A DNA stretch of 64,000 nt from Chrysomallon squamiferum (GCA_012295275.1 CM022665.1:33418001-33482000); one strand, 5' to 3'. Positions 39,801-53,840 are shown, numbered from the stretch's first letter. Numbers and translations: made by a program. Notes: a model not told the origin generated them from the letters alone.

Positions 39801-42800
39801 TATATGTTACAGTCAGTGTTTAAGATCAGTTTATAAAATGCCTACTTCACTTTGTCCATTTATAAAGTGTCTAAAAAATGAGTCTCTTTATTTGATAGTT
39901 TAACTGAAATAAAACAGATGAAAGAAAAAGATGATAATGCATATCTTTATGACTTACTTACTGAGTATCAAAGATGAGCTGATGTGAGAGTCACTATAAC
40001 ATACACAGTGAGGTTAACCAACTGGCATTCAGTTGATGTTGTAAATACCACATGAAATGAATATAACAATAACTGAAGATTTGAGTTACACTTTTGGTAT
40101 ATTTGTTACATGAAACACAGGAAAGACAAATATCTTTTTTGTAATAAATAAAATAATATTTAAGTTCATAAATACCTGTATACAGGTAATATAATTAGAA
40201 AACAGATAAAAATGTTAGTTCTTATAGGGGCATATGAGACTTGAATGGCATGTGTTGTACTTCGTCGTTTTTGAATAGGTCTACTTGTTTGACTTGCACT
40301 ACTTGCCAAATTTGCTCACAGTTAAAGTGCTTACACATATTTGATTTCTAATTTTGCATGAACCATCGATAGGCCACATTAACTTGAGTTCTGTGATGCA
40401 TGATGCTGTGAACTCATTGACACTGTTGCTGTGGATACTCTGTGCATGATCAAATAATAACAAAATATCAGTAAGTTAAAACATGACGTCACAGTATGTT
40501 TGAAACTTGGAGGTTGCAGAAACAGTGCTTTGTCATAATGCAACAGTGGGTACCTTAGCTGTGGACTATGGCTCAGTAAGATCAACCTGTCCACTGGAAC
40601 CAGTCTTTAAATAGAATTAGTTTTATCGCAACACCATCTACTATACCAAGCTTACATATCTTTTGATACGGAACAGAAACAATTTGTAGCTTAAGGGATT
40701 CTTAGATGACACTGGCATACTTATTCAAATTATTTATCATATCTCAGCTAACATGAAACCTGAGCCTGTTTTATGAAGTCAGTCATGCATTAGAATGATG
40801 TAGATAAAAATCTTTTAGATCTCCTAATTGTTTTCATATCACCTTTTTGACATCATCATATTGTAAAATTTCATACCTAACCAGCATTTAATGTTGATGA
40901 TTACCAGAGTTAACAGATCAAATACAATTATAGTTATAATTATTTTATTTTCCAAAATTCAGTTACTATTACAATTTAAAAAAAAGATCACCACAGTTAC
41001 AGTTGTTAATAACAATTGATTCTGTTAGCTAAAAATGCAGAGTTGTATGGAGTATCTTTTATTGAAACCAAGCAGCTATTACATGAGATAGTAGATCATA
41101 CAGTGAATGATACAACATTCACAACAGTATTACAAAGAGTAAAACAACATTTGCATTAATAAGCAGTTCAAAAATAAACCATTTTAGTTATTTTAATTAG
41201 ATTTCAGTGGAACATACACCTGTGAACAGCATTGCAACTGATTATAAGGAAACAAAGGCAGATGCCATTTCAGGCACATTGTAAATTGACTGGTTTCAGA
41301 CATTGATTGTAACATACATGTGTGTGTGTGTGTGCATGCAAAGATTAAAAACATGGCATAAAACAGCTAACTAATAGATATATGATGTTTTCATTTTTCA
41401 AAGGTTGGATGCGTGAACTTGTTTATCGAAGTACTGGTAATACTGCATGTGATACCTACTATTTTACCCCAGAAGGCAAGAAACTGGTGAGCTTTACATT
41501 ATACTTTTGTATCTTTAAAATAAAATTTGTATTGCAGTGATGTAAATTTCTCATAGATGAACCGAGTCTTGTTGAAACTCACTGCAGATTCACTAAAGGT
41601 AGTTTAAATGACATACAGCTGTTGGAAAAAACAGAGGTGCAGAATAAAAGATCCCATCCATACATACCATGGTGAAACAAACAAATGTTCTCATATTCTG
41701 AACCTGCCACTGAATGAGGAACTTCTCTGACTTCAGTGACAGGCTTCTATCCAGCATATCTGACACAACACAAGTGTCAAAAGCTGCTAAGTAAATAAAA
41801 ATGAAACAGTTGCAATGTTTAAAAATTTTGTTTTTAAAAAATGAGAAATTATAATTGCTCCATGCAATATGCTTCCTTAACTGGCTAGTATTCTGGTTGT
41901 AAAAATTCCATGTGACTTCTGATAATTCTATCCTGAAGGTTAACCATTAATTGCCAAAACGTATGTGTGTTGTGTGTATTTTTATATATCTGAAAATAAA
42001 CAACTGTTACAAAGATTAATATTGTTATGCATTGTTTTCTTTTCCAGAGATCTCTGGTTCAGGTAGCTGATTATTGTAAGTGACATTTAGAGATCGTTAT
42101 TTCTTTAAAAAAAAAAAAAAAAATTTAAGACAATTTTTAATGATGACATATTTATGAACATTTAACTAATTATCAGTTACTTAATTGTTAAGGGGAAAAA
42201 ACAATCTAATTTTATGTCCATTGGCTGGATGTTTATTTTATATTTTCATAGTAATGAAATAATACACTCAGTTACTCTTTAGTAGAAATATATAAATAAA
42301 GTACGAACTATAATTTTTTCTTTTATGAATTCAATTAATTTTCTAAATTTTATTTATTTATTATTGGTTTATTATTAGTTTTTATTTTTTTACTATTTAT
42401 TTTATTTTATTTTTTATTATTTTTTTTCTTTCTTGTTAGTGAACAAATCAGACTCGCCACTTGGTGTTGCCAATTTCAGTTTTTCAAGAAGACTTCTTCA
42501 CAAACCACCATTTGAAGTTGTTAGACAGGCTGGCAGGGTGGGAATGTCATCCAAGAAGCTGAGTCAAAGCCCTGTTGCTAAGCTGAAGTTCACTCAGAGT
42601 TCTACTTCTAAGTCAAAACGGAGTTCAGCCACTTTCACTGTATCAGTTCCAGATGCTAAATTACCAGAGACAACTCTATCACTGCCTCACAGACAGACAC
42701 GAAAAGTGAGAAATAAATGTTACAGACGGAAAAAAAAAAAATGTGTTTCTGCAAAATATTCTGATGTGGAAGTAATTATTGAGAGAGACTCAGATGAAGT

Positions 42801-45800
42801 AGTTTTGTCCTCATTGGGTATAATTGAAAATATTTCTTCACTGTCAGCACAAGTGTTATCAAAAGTTAATACATCAACTTCTGCAACAACTGCTGTAACA
42901 ACTACTGAAAGCAAAGATACACAAGACACTGGAAATTCAGATAAAAATGTTGTATTGATAAAAAAAGAACAGAGCATTGATGTTAACATTAGTGCTTTAT
43001 TGAACAGCAATGTCATTGCTACTCAGGAACACAGTGAATTTTCAGAAAAGAAAATGGTTGCACGAAAAAGTACAACTCCTCGACCAAAATCATTCAGATT
43101 TCAAGTAACAGGTCTGAACAGAAGGTAACATTTTGAAAAAAGAAATTAGATCTTTACCAGATATTTTTCTATCGCAACTAAAACCTAAATTAATAAATGA
43201 TAACGTGTTTTCTTAAAATACACATGGTTTTAAATAATTTGATAACTTGTTGAAAATATCCCTGTTAGAGATCTTTATTTGTTTAAATGTTACTTGTATT
43301 CTTTTGTATTAAATTTTCTATTTGACAGAAAAGACTAAAAATGTGCTGTTGATAATAATAATTTACATTATGTGTATTAATATTATTTCAGTGAAAGTGA
43401 GACCACTTCAAAATTACATAGCAACCAGTTATGCACTTTAGCATGTCCTGGTTTGGAAAGTACACCACCCACTCTCCAGTGTGCTAGGTGCATTTGTTTA
43501 TTTCATCCAGAGTGTGTGAATTACAAGGGAGACAGAAGCAATGAATTCCTTTGTTTGGTATGATCATATTTATAGCATTAGCAATTAAATAAAAACAAGT
43601 GATTTCATGTGTAATGAAAGGTATGATACTTGTCAGCAATGAATATTTATTAAAGCTTAGAACTGCAAAAAGAAGCTTTTATGGTTGAAAACCATGTATT
43701 AGTGCATCTAGCATGTCCATGTCTCTAATGATGTTAAAATAATGCCTTTAAAATGTAAAACTAAATCCTGAACAAACTAAAATTCTTTCAAAACTAGTCA
43801 AATTTTATAGATCTTTGTTGGCTCCTACTTAAATCATATATTTCAGTCAAAAAAGAAATTTTTATTCACAAATGTAAAATCCTAACAAACCAACAAGCTG
43901 TAAACATATGTGTATATTCTATTTTACACATTAATAATTTCACTGTTTAAAAGGTATTGGTATTTTAATATTTAATTTGTAAAATAATATGAAAGTATTG
44001 TTTTTATTTCAGTTCTGTGTTAAAAATAGAAATAAAAATAGTGATGTGAGCAAATCAAAGTCTGCTAATAACACATTACTGTTTAGCAACCACTCTACAA
44101 AAACAACATCAGAAATCCAGAGTGCAGTCACTCATCCGTTACAGTTGTATCACACTGAGCCAACCAGCACATCTCCATCTCTTTCACTATACACATTAAA
44201 ACTGGCACCTAATAATAGTTTGGTAACAGTTGATGAGATTGAAACTCTACAGAATCAGCCAGACATTTCAAGCATAATTCACTTGCCATACACTGGTGGT
44301 GAAAATAGTTCTTTCCAGACATCATTTGACAATAGAACACAGTCTTCAGTCTCAGTGTTTGGTCCTTTGGTCTACAGTTCTCCACAAACTCAATTAATAT
44401 CCACAGTTCCTGCAACTGTATGTACCAGTGTTTCTGCTGTAGCATGTTGTTCTTCTACCAAGACATCTATAACAGCTTCCATGCCAACTTTAATTAGTGC
44501 TGGAGTTCTTTCAGCAGACTTGAAGGTAGCAAATAAATCATCTTTTTTATCAATGGTGATACCATCTCCTCCTAAATTAACTTTAGCTCCAGGGGCAGCA
44601 CCACCTGTACCTTCTATGTCTGTAGATAATGAGTACCCAAACACAATGACTACAAAACCTTCAAATTCAAATGTACCACTGAATGCACAGCTACTGACAT
44701 TGCCTAATGCAGTAACCAAGCGATTGAAACTATCACAGCCTCTAGCCCTGAAAATCAACAGCATTCAGGTGGTAGTACCACCATCTTGTGTCATTGGATC
44801 TGGTGATGGTTTGAAAGTACTGCTTCCTCCAAATACATTTCCCTTGCCAACAGACCCTAATCAAAAATTAAGTGTTACAGTGTCAAATAATCCAGAACCT
44901 GAAGTGAAGAAACCTACAGAGCCACTATCAAAAGTTACTGCTGAAAACTGTGAAAAAGAATTGTCTCCTGTTCGAATAAAAACAAGAACTAAAATTAAGG
45001 GTATTAACCCAGCTGCATGTTTTATTAAAAAACTGTATGGTGGATATGACTGTATGTTGGAAATTTTCAAATATTTGAAAACATCTGATTTATTAAGGTA
45101 TTTATTCATGATTTTATTTATAGATGTAAATGTGAATAATTTAAATAAAAATGTTCTTTATAAACATCTTAAATGCTAATACTAAATATGTCATTTTTTA
45201 ATATTTTTTTTCTCCTATTCAAAACATATATATGTATGGACCCAGATAAACCATATCATTTTCTTTTCCCCATTTTTCTGTTGTTACTTAAAAAAAAATA
45301 AACTAAAGGAAAAAATTAGCTCCCTAGCAGTTGTTATTAAAAATCACCGTTGAATTCTATTTATGTTTATTTTACTGTTACAGAGTTTCACATGTTTGTC
45401 AGACATGGAGAAAAATAGCAAAACAACCTTGTCTGGTGAGATAACAAATATTTTCATTGGTTTCGTAGTGAAATAAGAATTATTACATACTGTTTAATAA
45501 TTTCTTTTCTCTTTTTTCTTATTTTGTTTTTCTTTTGTTTTTCCTTTTCCTTTTTACTTATTTTATTAATTTAAAATATAATTTAACTTATGAAACATAA
45601 ATTATTAATCACAACATCACAATGCATTTGAATTATAACAAAAAATGTTACAAAACAGTAGTTTAATATTTGATTATTTATTCCTTAGTGGCAGTCTGTA
45701 TCATTGCGAGGATTAATTGTAAAGGACTGGGACAAAGCTACGTTGTTCTTCAAGGAGTTTCAGTTAAAATCACTGGTTAGTGTTTTAATTGACAAGTTAA

Positions 45801-48800
45801 ATATCATAACCCTGGTATAAGTGTTTTAGTTATCAATTTACATGAATTTTACAATAAAAATCATCAAAGAATCATGTTTCCAAAGGCAAATTTATCTTTT
45901 TTCTAAGAAAATGTGATCTAACATCTTTTTGTTGTGTGTAGTAATTTTAAAGGTTATCCTAATAGGTGTAATTATTCAAATAAAAAATGCATAGGAATAT
46001 AGCATGAACCAAAAAAAAAAAAAAAAAAGCACTTAAAAAGCATTAATACACTTACCAATCAAAACTGTACTGGGCATGTTCGGCTGTTAACCTGATATGT
46101 TCTAGTGCAGGTTGTGCTTCATTAATATGGCAAATCTTGAACCATGGAAGTGCTGGAATAGCATATTTTCTGAAACAAAGTACAAAATAATGTACCATAT
46201 TCCTGATACTGATAAATCATTCTAAGGCATACATCTAGTAGTTCAGGCTTTCTGGAATTCTTTATGACAAATTGCTATTCCTAATTATGTTTCAGTATTG
46301 ACACTTTTTATAATAATTTTATTATTTTGCTGTTTTACCATCACTTGCTGGTTAGTTAGAAGTCATATTTAAGGGTAAACTACCAGTTTATCTACAAACA
46401 AGATAAATGGGTGCTGGTGATACTATAGCTGGTCATGTGGTTGTCATGCAGATGAATGACAACCAGATTTAATCACTATACTGAACAATGAAAGCTATTG
46501 GATTAGTGAGATTCAATTGATAAAGCCTGTGGAATGTATATTTTTTTCTGAAATACCCCTGTATAAATCAAAGATACTTTGCTAAAGTTTGAAAGAGATT
46601 TTTTATTTGAAAAATGAAATTACTATTCATTCAATATATATTCCATTTTACAGTGTAACCTTTTTGTCTCAACAGAAATTTTTACAGCGTATTAAATCTT
46701 ACAATTTGCCTTTCTATTTTTACCCTTAGAGTCTGTTAGGCATGTGTCATGATAAAGACGAGAACAAAATATGGCATGGTTTGATGTCCACCTTGTGTAG
46801 TTTAAATAGCCTGACCACACTAGAGTTTGGTCTAGTCCCAGCATCAGTGCTTCACAGGGTGTGTGAAAGACTCACAGGTCTGGAAGTCCTTCGGGCCAAG
46901 TTTATTACAGATGCTGTTGGAAATAAGATGTGGTAACAAATATTTATATCCAATTTACAAATAATATGTTTTTTGTGTGTGTATAAATATGTTAACTATT
47001 TTGAGTTTTCAATAGCTAAACATATTTTATCTGTTTAAGCCTGTTTAAGAATATTTTTATATGCTGTATAATATCAGAACAAGAGTGTTTTTATGTTGCT
47101 TTTTTATATATTGCATTTTGTTTGATTGTAATTTCCTAATCACAAAATATCTAAAATTTTGAATTTTGTTTCAGGAGTACTCCCAGCAAGCTGTATATGG
47201 GTAAATTTGCTCATCTTAAAAACTTGAGAGAATTAAAATTAAGAGGAGTTTGTGGACTTGTCGTGCCCTCTTTTTCATTCAGTGGTGGCTTGATGGAACT
47301 TGGTTCTCTTAAAAAGCTTATTTCATTAGTAAGTTAATTTTAATGTAGAATTGGAATGGCTGATTAATAAAATAAATATAAAAATATATATTAGTTAAGT
47401 TAGTGAGTTTTGTATCATTTAAATCTACTGTTTCTTCCTCTAACAAAAATTGTACCAGCACAATTACTAAGTGCATGTGTAATGGCTATTATGCATTTGG
47501 TATCAAACTGGTATTTTATCTTTTTTAATAATATACTTAATGTTATTTGCCAGACATCTTACACTGTAGATGCACCAGACAGAGCATTTGAAAATTTAAG
47601 GAAAACAAATATGGCAGTGAGTTAGGAAGTTTTATTTAAGACCTAAATGACCAAGGACAATGGGAAAATTACCTTTTAAGAACACAAACTAAAAATGAAT
47701 ATTAACTATTGATTTCTTATTAATACATTAATATTTATAGTACAATTTCAAATTGTGTTTTTTTGGTAAAAACAATTAATAAAACAACGCTTCACCTAAC
47801 ATTAGATTAAAGCAACAGCTGTAATGTGCTGCTTGACTTTATTTCTGTTTGATGTTTATCTTGGAGTTAAATAAATTGCTTATATTGGGCAGCCTACCAG
47901 TTAGAACTATGTAGCAATTACCTTCCTGTTGTTTGTTTTTAGTCTTTAACCACTATGAGAGACATTCCTGACAGTGAATTCCACTTTTTACAAGACATGA
48001 AGCAGCTGAAAGAACTGGAACTTGGAGATTGTACAGTTTGGTCATCTGAGGTTAATAAAACACACCAAAAAATCATTATCCATTCTTGAAATTTTATATC
48101 ATGTTTATCTGAAACTATATCTTCAGTTATATTGAAAATTTGGTTTTACATGGTTTTATTTTTTTTAAAGTACATATTGTTCATATATATCAGTTAAGAC
48201 AATATGTTTCTTTTCAGATATATGTATATTTTCATCTCCGACATTTAATGAAGTTTCACTATAAATTTCAGCTAATTTACTGTGTTCATTTATTATCTTT
48301 TGACAGATATATTTCATCCTAGGAGAGCTTTCAAACCTGACAAAACTTCGATTAGAATGTGGTGGAGAAATTCCTGACATAGGTCTAGGAGACATGCTTT
48401 TGAATCTGAAAAAGTATGCAAATTTAATACTGACTGTAATAAATTTCCTCTGTCATATATATTATCAACACACATAATCATATTTGACAACAGATCATTC
48501 AGAAATATATATGTTTCACTAAATATTTATTAAGTCATTTTCTTTGTTCTGTTTCATTTAAATAAAACTGTAAAGCATATTGAAGTGTTTTTGTTATATT
48601 TTCTTAAAATATTTCTTTTATCCCATTGTTTTCAAAGGAATTTTTCAATTTGTTTAGGTGTAATTAAGAAAATAACATATCAGAAATGGGCATTATGTAT
48701 TGTTGACTCATCAGATGAGTCAGTTGAGTATTATGTAAATAGAATAAACTGAATAATGTTGCTGGCAGATTTTTCAAATATATATTTATGTTGAACATTT

Positions 48801-49860
48801 TCTTATTTTATAATAAGCTGACTTTAAATCTTTATTTTAGCACAAACCCAATTCTATAATTTCGCCTCAGATATTTACTTTTTGTTAATTATATTTTGAT
48901 TTAATTAATTTTAATACCTTCACAATCTCTTTAAGTAGTTAATTATTTATGAATTCTTGTCATAGTATATGTGGATTTTAAATTTTAAATTTGTTTTTAT
49001 TCTGTTTTTCAGACTGGAAATTCTTGAATTGATAATGTATCAGGTGGCTGATTCTTTTGAAAATGTGCTGCATCAGCTTGAAAAATTGCACAGTTTAGTT
49101 ATTTGGCCTGACACTACTACTGATGTAAGTTTTAAAATAATTCATTTATTTGTTCTGTAACTGAATTATTATTTGACTTACAACATTAATGTTAATGGTC
49201 TGTTTGGTTAAATTGTAATACAAAAAAATTAAAACTTTATCAAATGTATTTAAAATGTGAACATTCTAGTTTTTCATAAGTACTGAATATTATTTATCTC
49301 TCAAAAGACAGTCTAATAATGAATTATGACAATAATAGAATAAACCTGCTTATAAAGATATGAATTAATTTCATGTAATTTAAGTGCAGTGTTAGTGTAA
49401 TTTAAGTGCAGTATTTTTAAAACTCACTAAAGGTAAATCAGTAATGAAACAGAACTACAGGCTTTTTTCACATCTGATTATAACATGTAAATTTTAAGTA
49501 TAACAGTGAATGTTATTCAACTCACCTTTAATACATTTGATAAATTACCATATCGTTGAAAGATAATTATTTTATTTTCTTCTAAAACTGGTTCAGGCTG
49601 CAGCTTTGGTGAATTTCAATACTTTGGCTGCAGTTGGCAGGTTGAAGAATCTCCAGCATCTGGAATGGGGTGTAGTGAACAGTGAGTCTGACCAACAGAA
49701 TGGATATATTAATATTCTGCCACAGTGTAGAGTACAGACAGAAAATATGGTACTTCCCTCTGAAAAAATCAGCATTAATCAGTTAACTGATAAACTGTGT
49801 GAGCTTTTGCCTCAAGTAAATGTAAATGTTGTCAGTAGCAAAATTATGGCTACACCATGA
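36814..49860 (+). CDS. MBD - PHD-like finger - F-box - leucine-rich repeat protein (MBD-F-box), 16 coding exons, 1439 aa
   Basis: Exons: 36814-36934, 38006-39013, 39631-39687, 41404-41486, 42048-42075, 42440-43124, 43392-43557, 44013-45097, 45384-45435, 45689-45775, 46730-46932, 47175-47328, 47943-48050, 48307-48413, 49013-49124, 49597-49860. All GT-AG, phase-consistent, 4320 nt, open. MBD: EPFKHGWMRELVYRSTGNTACDTYYFTPEGKKLRSLVQVADYLNKSDSPLGVANFSF. Finger: CTLAC..LQCARCICLFHPECV..FLCLFC. F-box: CMLEIFKYLKTSDLLRVSHVCQTWRKIAKQPCLW. LRRs: LxxLxxLxL repeats (LKNLRELKL, MKQLKELEL, LSNLTKLRL, LKNLQHLEW). Confidence 0.9.
39670..42483 (+). other. Methyl-CpG-binding domain, split over four exons
   Basis: GW-R..R-S-G...D-x-Y..P-x-GKKLRS....YL...NFSF, matching the MBD consensus. 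Confidence 0.88.
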
Positions 49861-52444
49861 AAAAAAAAAGGATCATTTAGGGAGGAAAAATTTGCTTTTC
49901 TTATTGATTTTTTGATGTTTTCTTGTAAATAATTGGGTCAGAAATGTTATAGCTTTTTATAAATTATCAGCATGGAAGAATAATCATGTAGTTTGTTATA
50001 GGTCTCTATAAAAATATTCAACAAGATATTGGAACATTTTACTTGGGGAAAATAATAAAAAAAACATTTTATACTACCAAGTTATTTTATTATTATTATT
50101 ATTTTTTTTTTTTTTTTTTTTTTTTTAAATAGTTGGTTTGTAGTTTATAAATGAATTAAAATTTGTACTTCATTTTTAATATTAATTAGATAGCAGATGT
50201 TATCATTCCTTTAATAACCACAAGGAAAACATCTCTGGTTACAGTGTAATCACAAATAATATTTATGAGAATATGTTTTTTTTTTTTTTTAAATAGTTGG
50301 TTTGAAAAAATAATTAAGTGTACCAATTACTTGCCACTGTTTCATGGTACCTAACTTAATATCTTACAGTAAACTATTGATTTGTTTTAGTGTTTGTCTT
50401 ATTTATTTCAAATCTATTTTGTGTATGCAAATAACAATTTTGACAAAAGATGATATGGTCACTGCATTATCATGAACATGGATATATATCAACATGGTAC
50501 TGATAATTACTGTAATATATATATATATAGTGTAAAATATGAAAGTAATGTTAAGGTAAAGTATAGATATATGTTAGTTGAGTAACACATTAATATCATG
50601 TTTTGCAGTGTTTGTGTGTGTGTGTGTTGTGTGTTGTTAAACCTTTTGGTGGCAGATGTTTTTTGTTTGCCATGGAATATATGGAATTTTATTCAGCATT
50701 TATTATTTTAAGAAATTGTTATTATAAACACCTTGTTAATACATTTAATTAGAATAAACCATATTCAACAGTAATATATATGTGTATGTATGTATGTCAC
50801 TATTTTAATCCTTTGTAAAATATTTTAGATCAAGAGTGTGGACTTCTTCAAGATCTTTCTCCTAGTTTCCTTCATAACAAACTTTTGGTTAAAATGATTA
50901 TTCTCAAATGATTTTAAATAAAGTCTGGTGTCTGTCAGATTATAAACAATAAATTAACTCACAATTCTCAGTTTGTTTATTTATTTAGGTAATTAGAAAA
51001 TGAATTTATTGATAGCATATATGGAGATTCCACTTCCAGCTTTGATGGCGTCTGAAGGCTTATAAAGCTATTTGTAGAGGAAGTACAATTAAATTTTCAG
51101 ACAAACTAGAAAAATTAACATTTCACAATTTATTTACATACTCAGTTAACTTTGTTTCAAGTAAATAGCAAAATAGCAAATTTACAGCAAAATCTTAATT
51201 TGATGAAACATAATCCTCTAATAGGGTAAATTTACTACCTGCTTAAACATGCTACATTTAATATTAAAATCAATAATGAAAAAAAATTTTAAAAATGTCG
51301 TAACTATAGTTATAAATACTGATTTTATAGAAATGATTACATGCAACACATATTTTTCTTACTGTATGCAACAGAAAGTAGTATGTGCATTTTTTAACAC
51401 TGTACAAATAAAACTGCACAATAAGAGGTCATTTTGAATATTTATATTTTGAAATGCGTTTACTTTAATTTTTTCATGTAAAAAGCACATGTTGAGATGG
51501 TGAATTTATTTTATGAAAAGATAACCCACTGATGAGGAATAATTCTGAGTTAAAATGTCTGAAGTATTATTTTACATCAGCTGAAATTTTGAACAACATA
51601 TTCTGTTGTTTAACAGTCATAATAATAACACTGGTAGTTTAGACTTATTTTTCTTTTTACTTTTTTTTGAGGAGACAATGAATACACTATATATTTCTTG
51701 TTAGGATTTCATTATCTTGTCATGGAATCTACAGTGGAGTGGCCAAATTTTGCAAGGATAGCGAAAATATAAATCCGTATCTTATTTGTTTTTTTAATTA
51801 TGTTGTAATATATTATAGGCACATATTCTATAAGTTGTCCTCTCTATAATAATCTGTCATATAAATCTTATTTGTTAATTTTTATGTTATTGCTATTTTG
51901 AAATCATTATTTGTCATTATTATCACATATTTCAGTATTTTGCATGTCGACTTGTTGGTAGTTTTCTTCAAAAGTTGAGATATTTGGCCTTCATTGCTGG
52001 AGTCTGTATTGCTTTTTAGGAACACATGTGATTTGAGTTCGAATTTTTTGCCGAGACTTAACAATGCAATTTTCCTCATGTGGTCGGTTATCTCAGGCAT
52101 TTTACTCTTTTGATCATTCTGATTCTTTCTGAAGTAATAAGCTGACAGAACTACTAACTTTCACAAATAACATTGGAAAAATCTTTTTTTACTACATTTT
52201 ACTTTCTTAGTAATCTTGTCTTCTGACAGTTCTTCGTTATCAGAATCTACTGAAATAAGAATGTTTTGTTAAGCATTTAGGACTCCAGCTATGACTGTTT
52301 GAAGAAAGGTAGATCATTGTTAAGATTCTGAAGTTAAGTCCACTAAATATCTTCTGTTCCTGTGACAGAAGGAACGGAGTGAATTTTGTCGACCCGCATT
52401 TTAGGCAATGATCCTTCGTCACGTCTAATTTGTTTTCGCAGACT

Positions 52445-52652
52445 AATTTCCACTTTTGTAGCAAAAGTTGATGCAGATTTGCTGATCTACTCACTCGGCC
52501 ATGAATGCGAGTAAACACGCTCACTCAGCGAAGTCTGCCAGCCAAACGAACAGTCCCAGGTGAATGTGATTGATCATGCATATGCAGTAGAATTCCCTCT
52601 CATTGCATGCCAAGATATTTACAATGGCTTGATACTTTCCAGACAGACGTCG
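52445..52652 (-). mobile_element. Mariner 5' fragment
   Basis: Minus strand TA|CGACGTCTGTCTGGAAAGTATC (mariner-like TIR) followed by the decayed transposase start MAE*VDQQICINFCYKSGK (cf. EQRICIKFC). Confidence 0.6.
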
Positions 52653-53840
52653 TACATTTCAAAGGGCTTAGATTATCACTATCCAAGTGCGAATTAAAAC
52701 ATAATAAAATAATACGTTACAGTGCTATTAATTCCATTAAAAGGTTTCAGAACTATAGCTTCAATAGTGTCTGAAGGAGTTGTTTTCAAGCCTACATATT
52801 TACCACTTAAAGAATCTTTTTTTCATTAAGATCGTAACTGTTGTGTACAACTTGCCGGAATCAGTGAATGGACGTTTTGACTATTCAAGAGGACATTTCA
52901 ACCTAAACTTTTTATTATTTATTTATTTATTAAATAATCATTATATCAACATAAAAACTGCCAGCTGAGGAGTATTTCACATTAAAATAGTTTCTGTACT
53001 TTTTTAAATTTCAAATTTCCTGTGTTTAATTGCAATTCACCATTGCAAAGGACATACTTATTATAAAATTCCTCCAGCTCCAGAATGTCAGCCACAGCTT
53101 CAAAGGGGGTTAGCGTAACATTTAAAACTAAATGGGTTTGTACATATGTTGGTAATTTAATGTTCAAATAATGTGCAAAGAAACAAATGATTTTAAAATG
53201 ACATTGATTTTTCGTATTTTCTCAAAATGAAAACATTTGGTTGATACGGCCCAAAAGTCCCTATCCGAAATCTCCATCCTTCATTCGCCGAAATCACATG
53301 CAATAGCATTCACACATTTGCCAACCTCATGATGTCCTGTTATTTCCAACTTCTTCTCCAAATCAGTGCTCTAGAGTTGTTTCTGGTTGTTGCTGCCTCT
53401 AGAGTGGATTCAATTTAATAAAATAAAAACTCAATGGAAAACATGCAGACGTAAACGAGACTGTATGTTGAAACTGAGCGGGAAAATAAAAAGAGATGAT
53501 TCTTCGATCCAAATGGCTGTCCATCCAACTGAAGACATAAATCAAAACAAACGAAATGTGTTGTAAGGAAAATCTACTCACAAAGATGCAAATTGGGTAA
53601 GAAAAATTCTAGACTGATCTTAGTTATAGACATGGTAGATAATGGGAACTAATTTAATTAATTTATTATTATTATTATTATTATATTTAAATTTTATTTG
53701 AAATATCCGTATTCATTTTTTCAACGGTAACCTATTAATACGTTTACAAATAAACTTGCTTGACCCAAGTGATATGTTTCAGGACTGTTTTATTAACCCT
53801 CATAAAAAGAAAGGATTATGTAACAGTTTCGGAAATAACG

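Noticed and set aside
37974-45109. Antisense ORFs opposite the large MBD-F-box exons (37974-38930, 42720-43016, 44209-45109)
   Set aside because: Shadow ORFs of the sense coding exons, with no recognisable motifs.
50118-50304. Duplicated TnAAATAGTTGGTTTG in the MBD-F-box 3' UTR
   Set aside because: Only 14 unique bases next to poly-T; most likely a local duplication with no evidence of function.
51529-51552. Hammerhead-like CTGATGAG-GAAT/ATTC stem
   Set aside because: The required GAAA core after stem II is missing (TGAG instead), and no convincing stems I/III were found.
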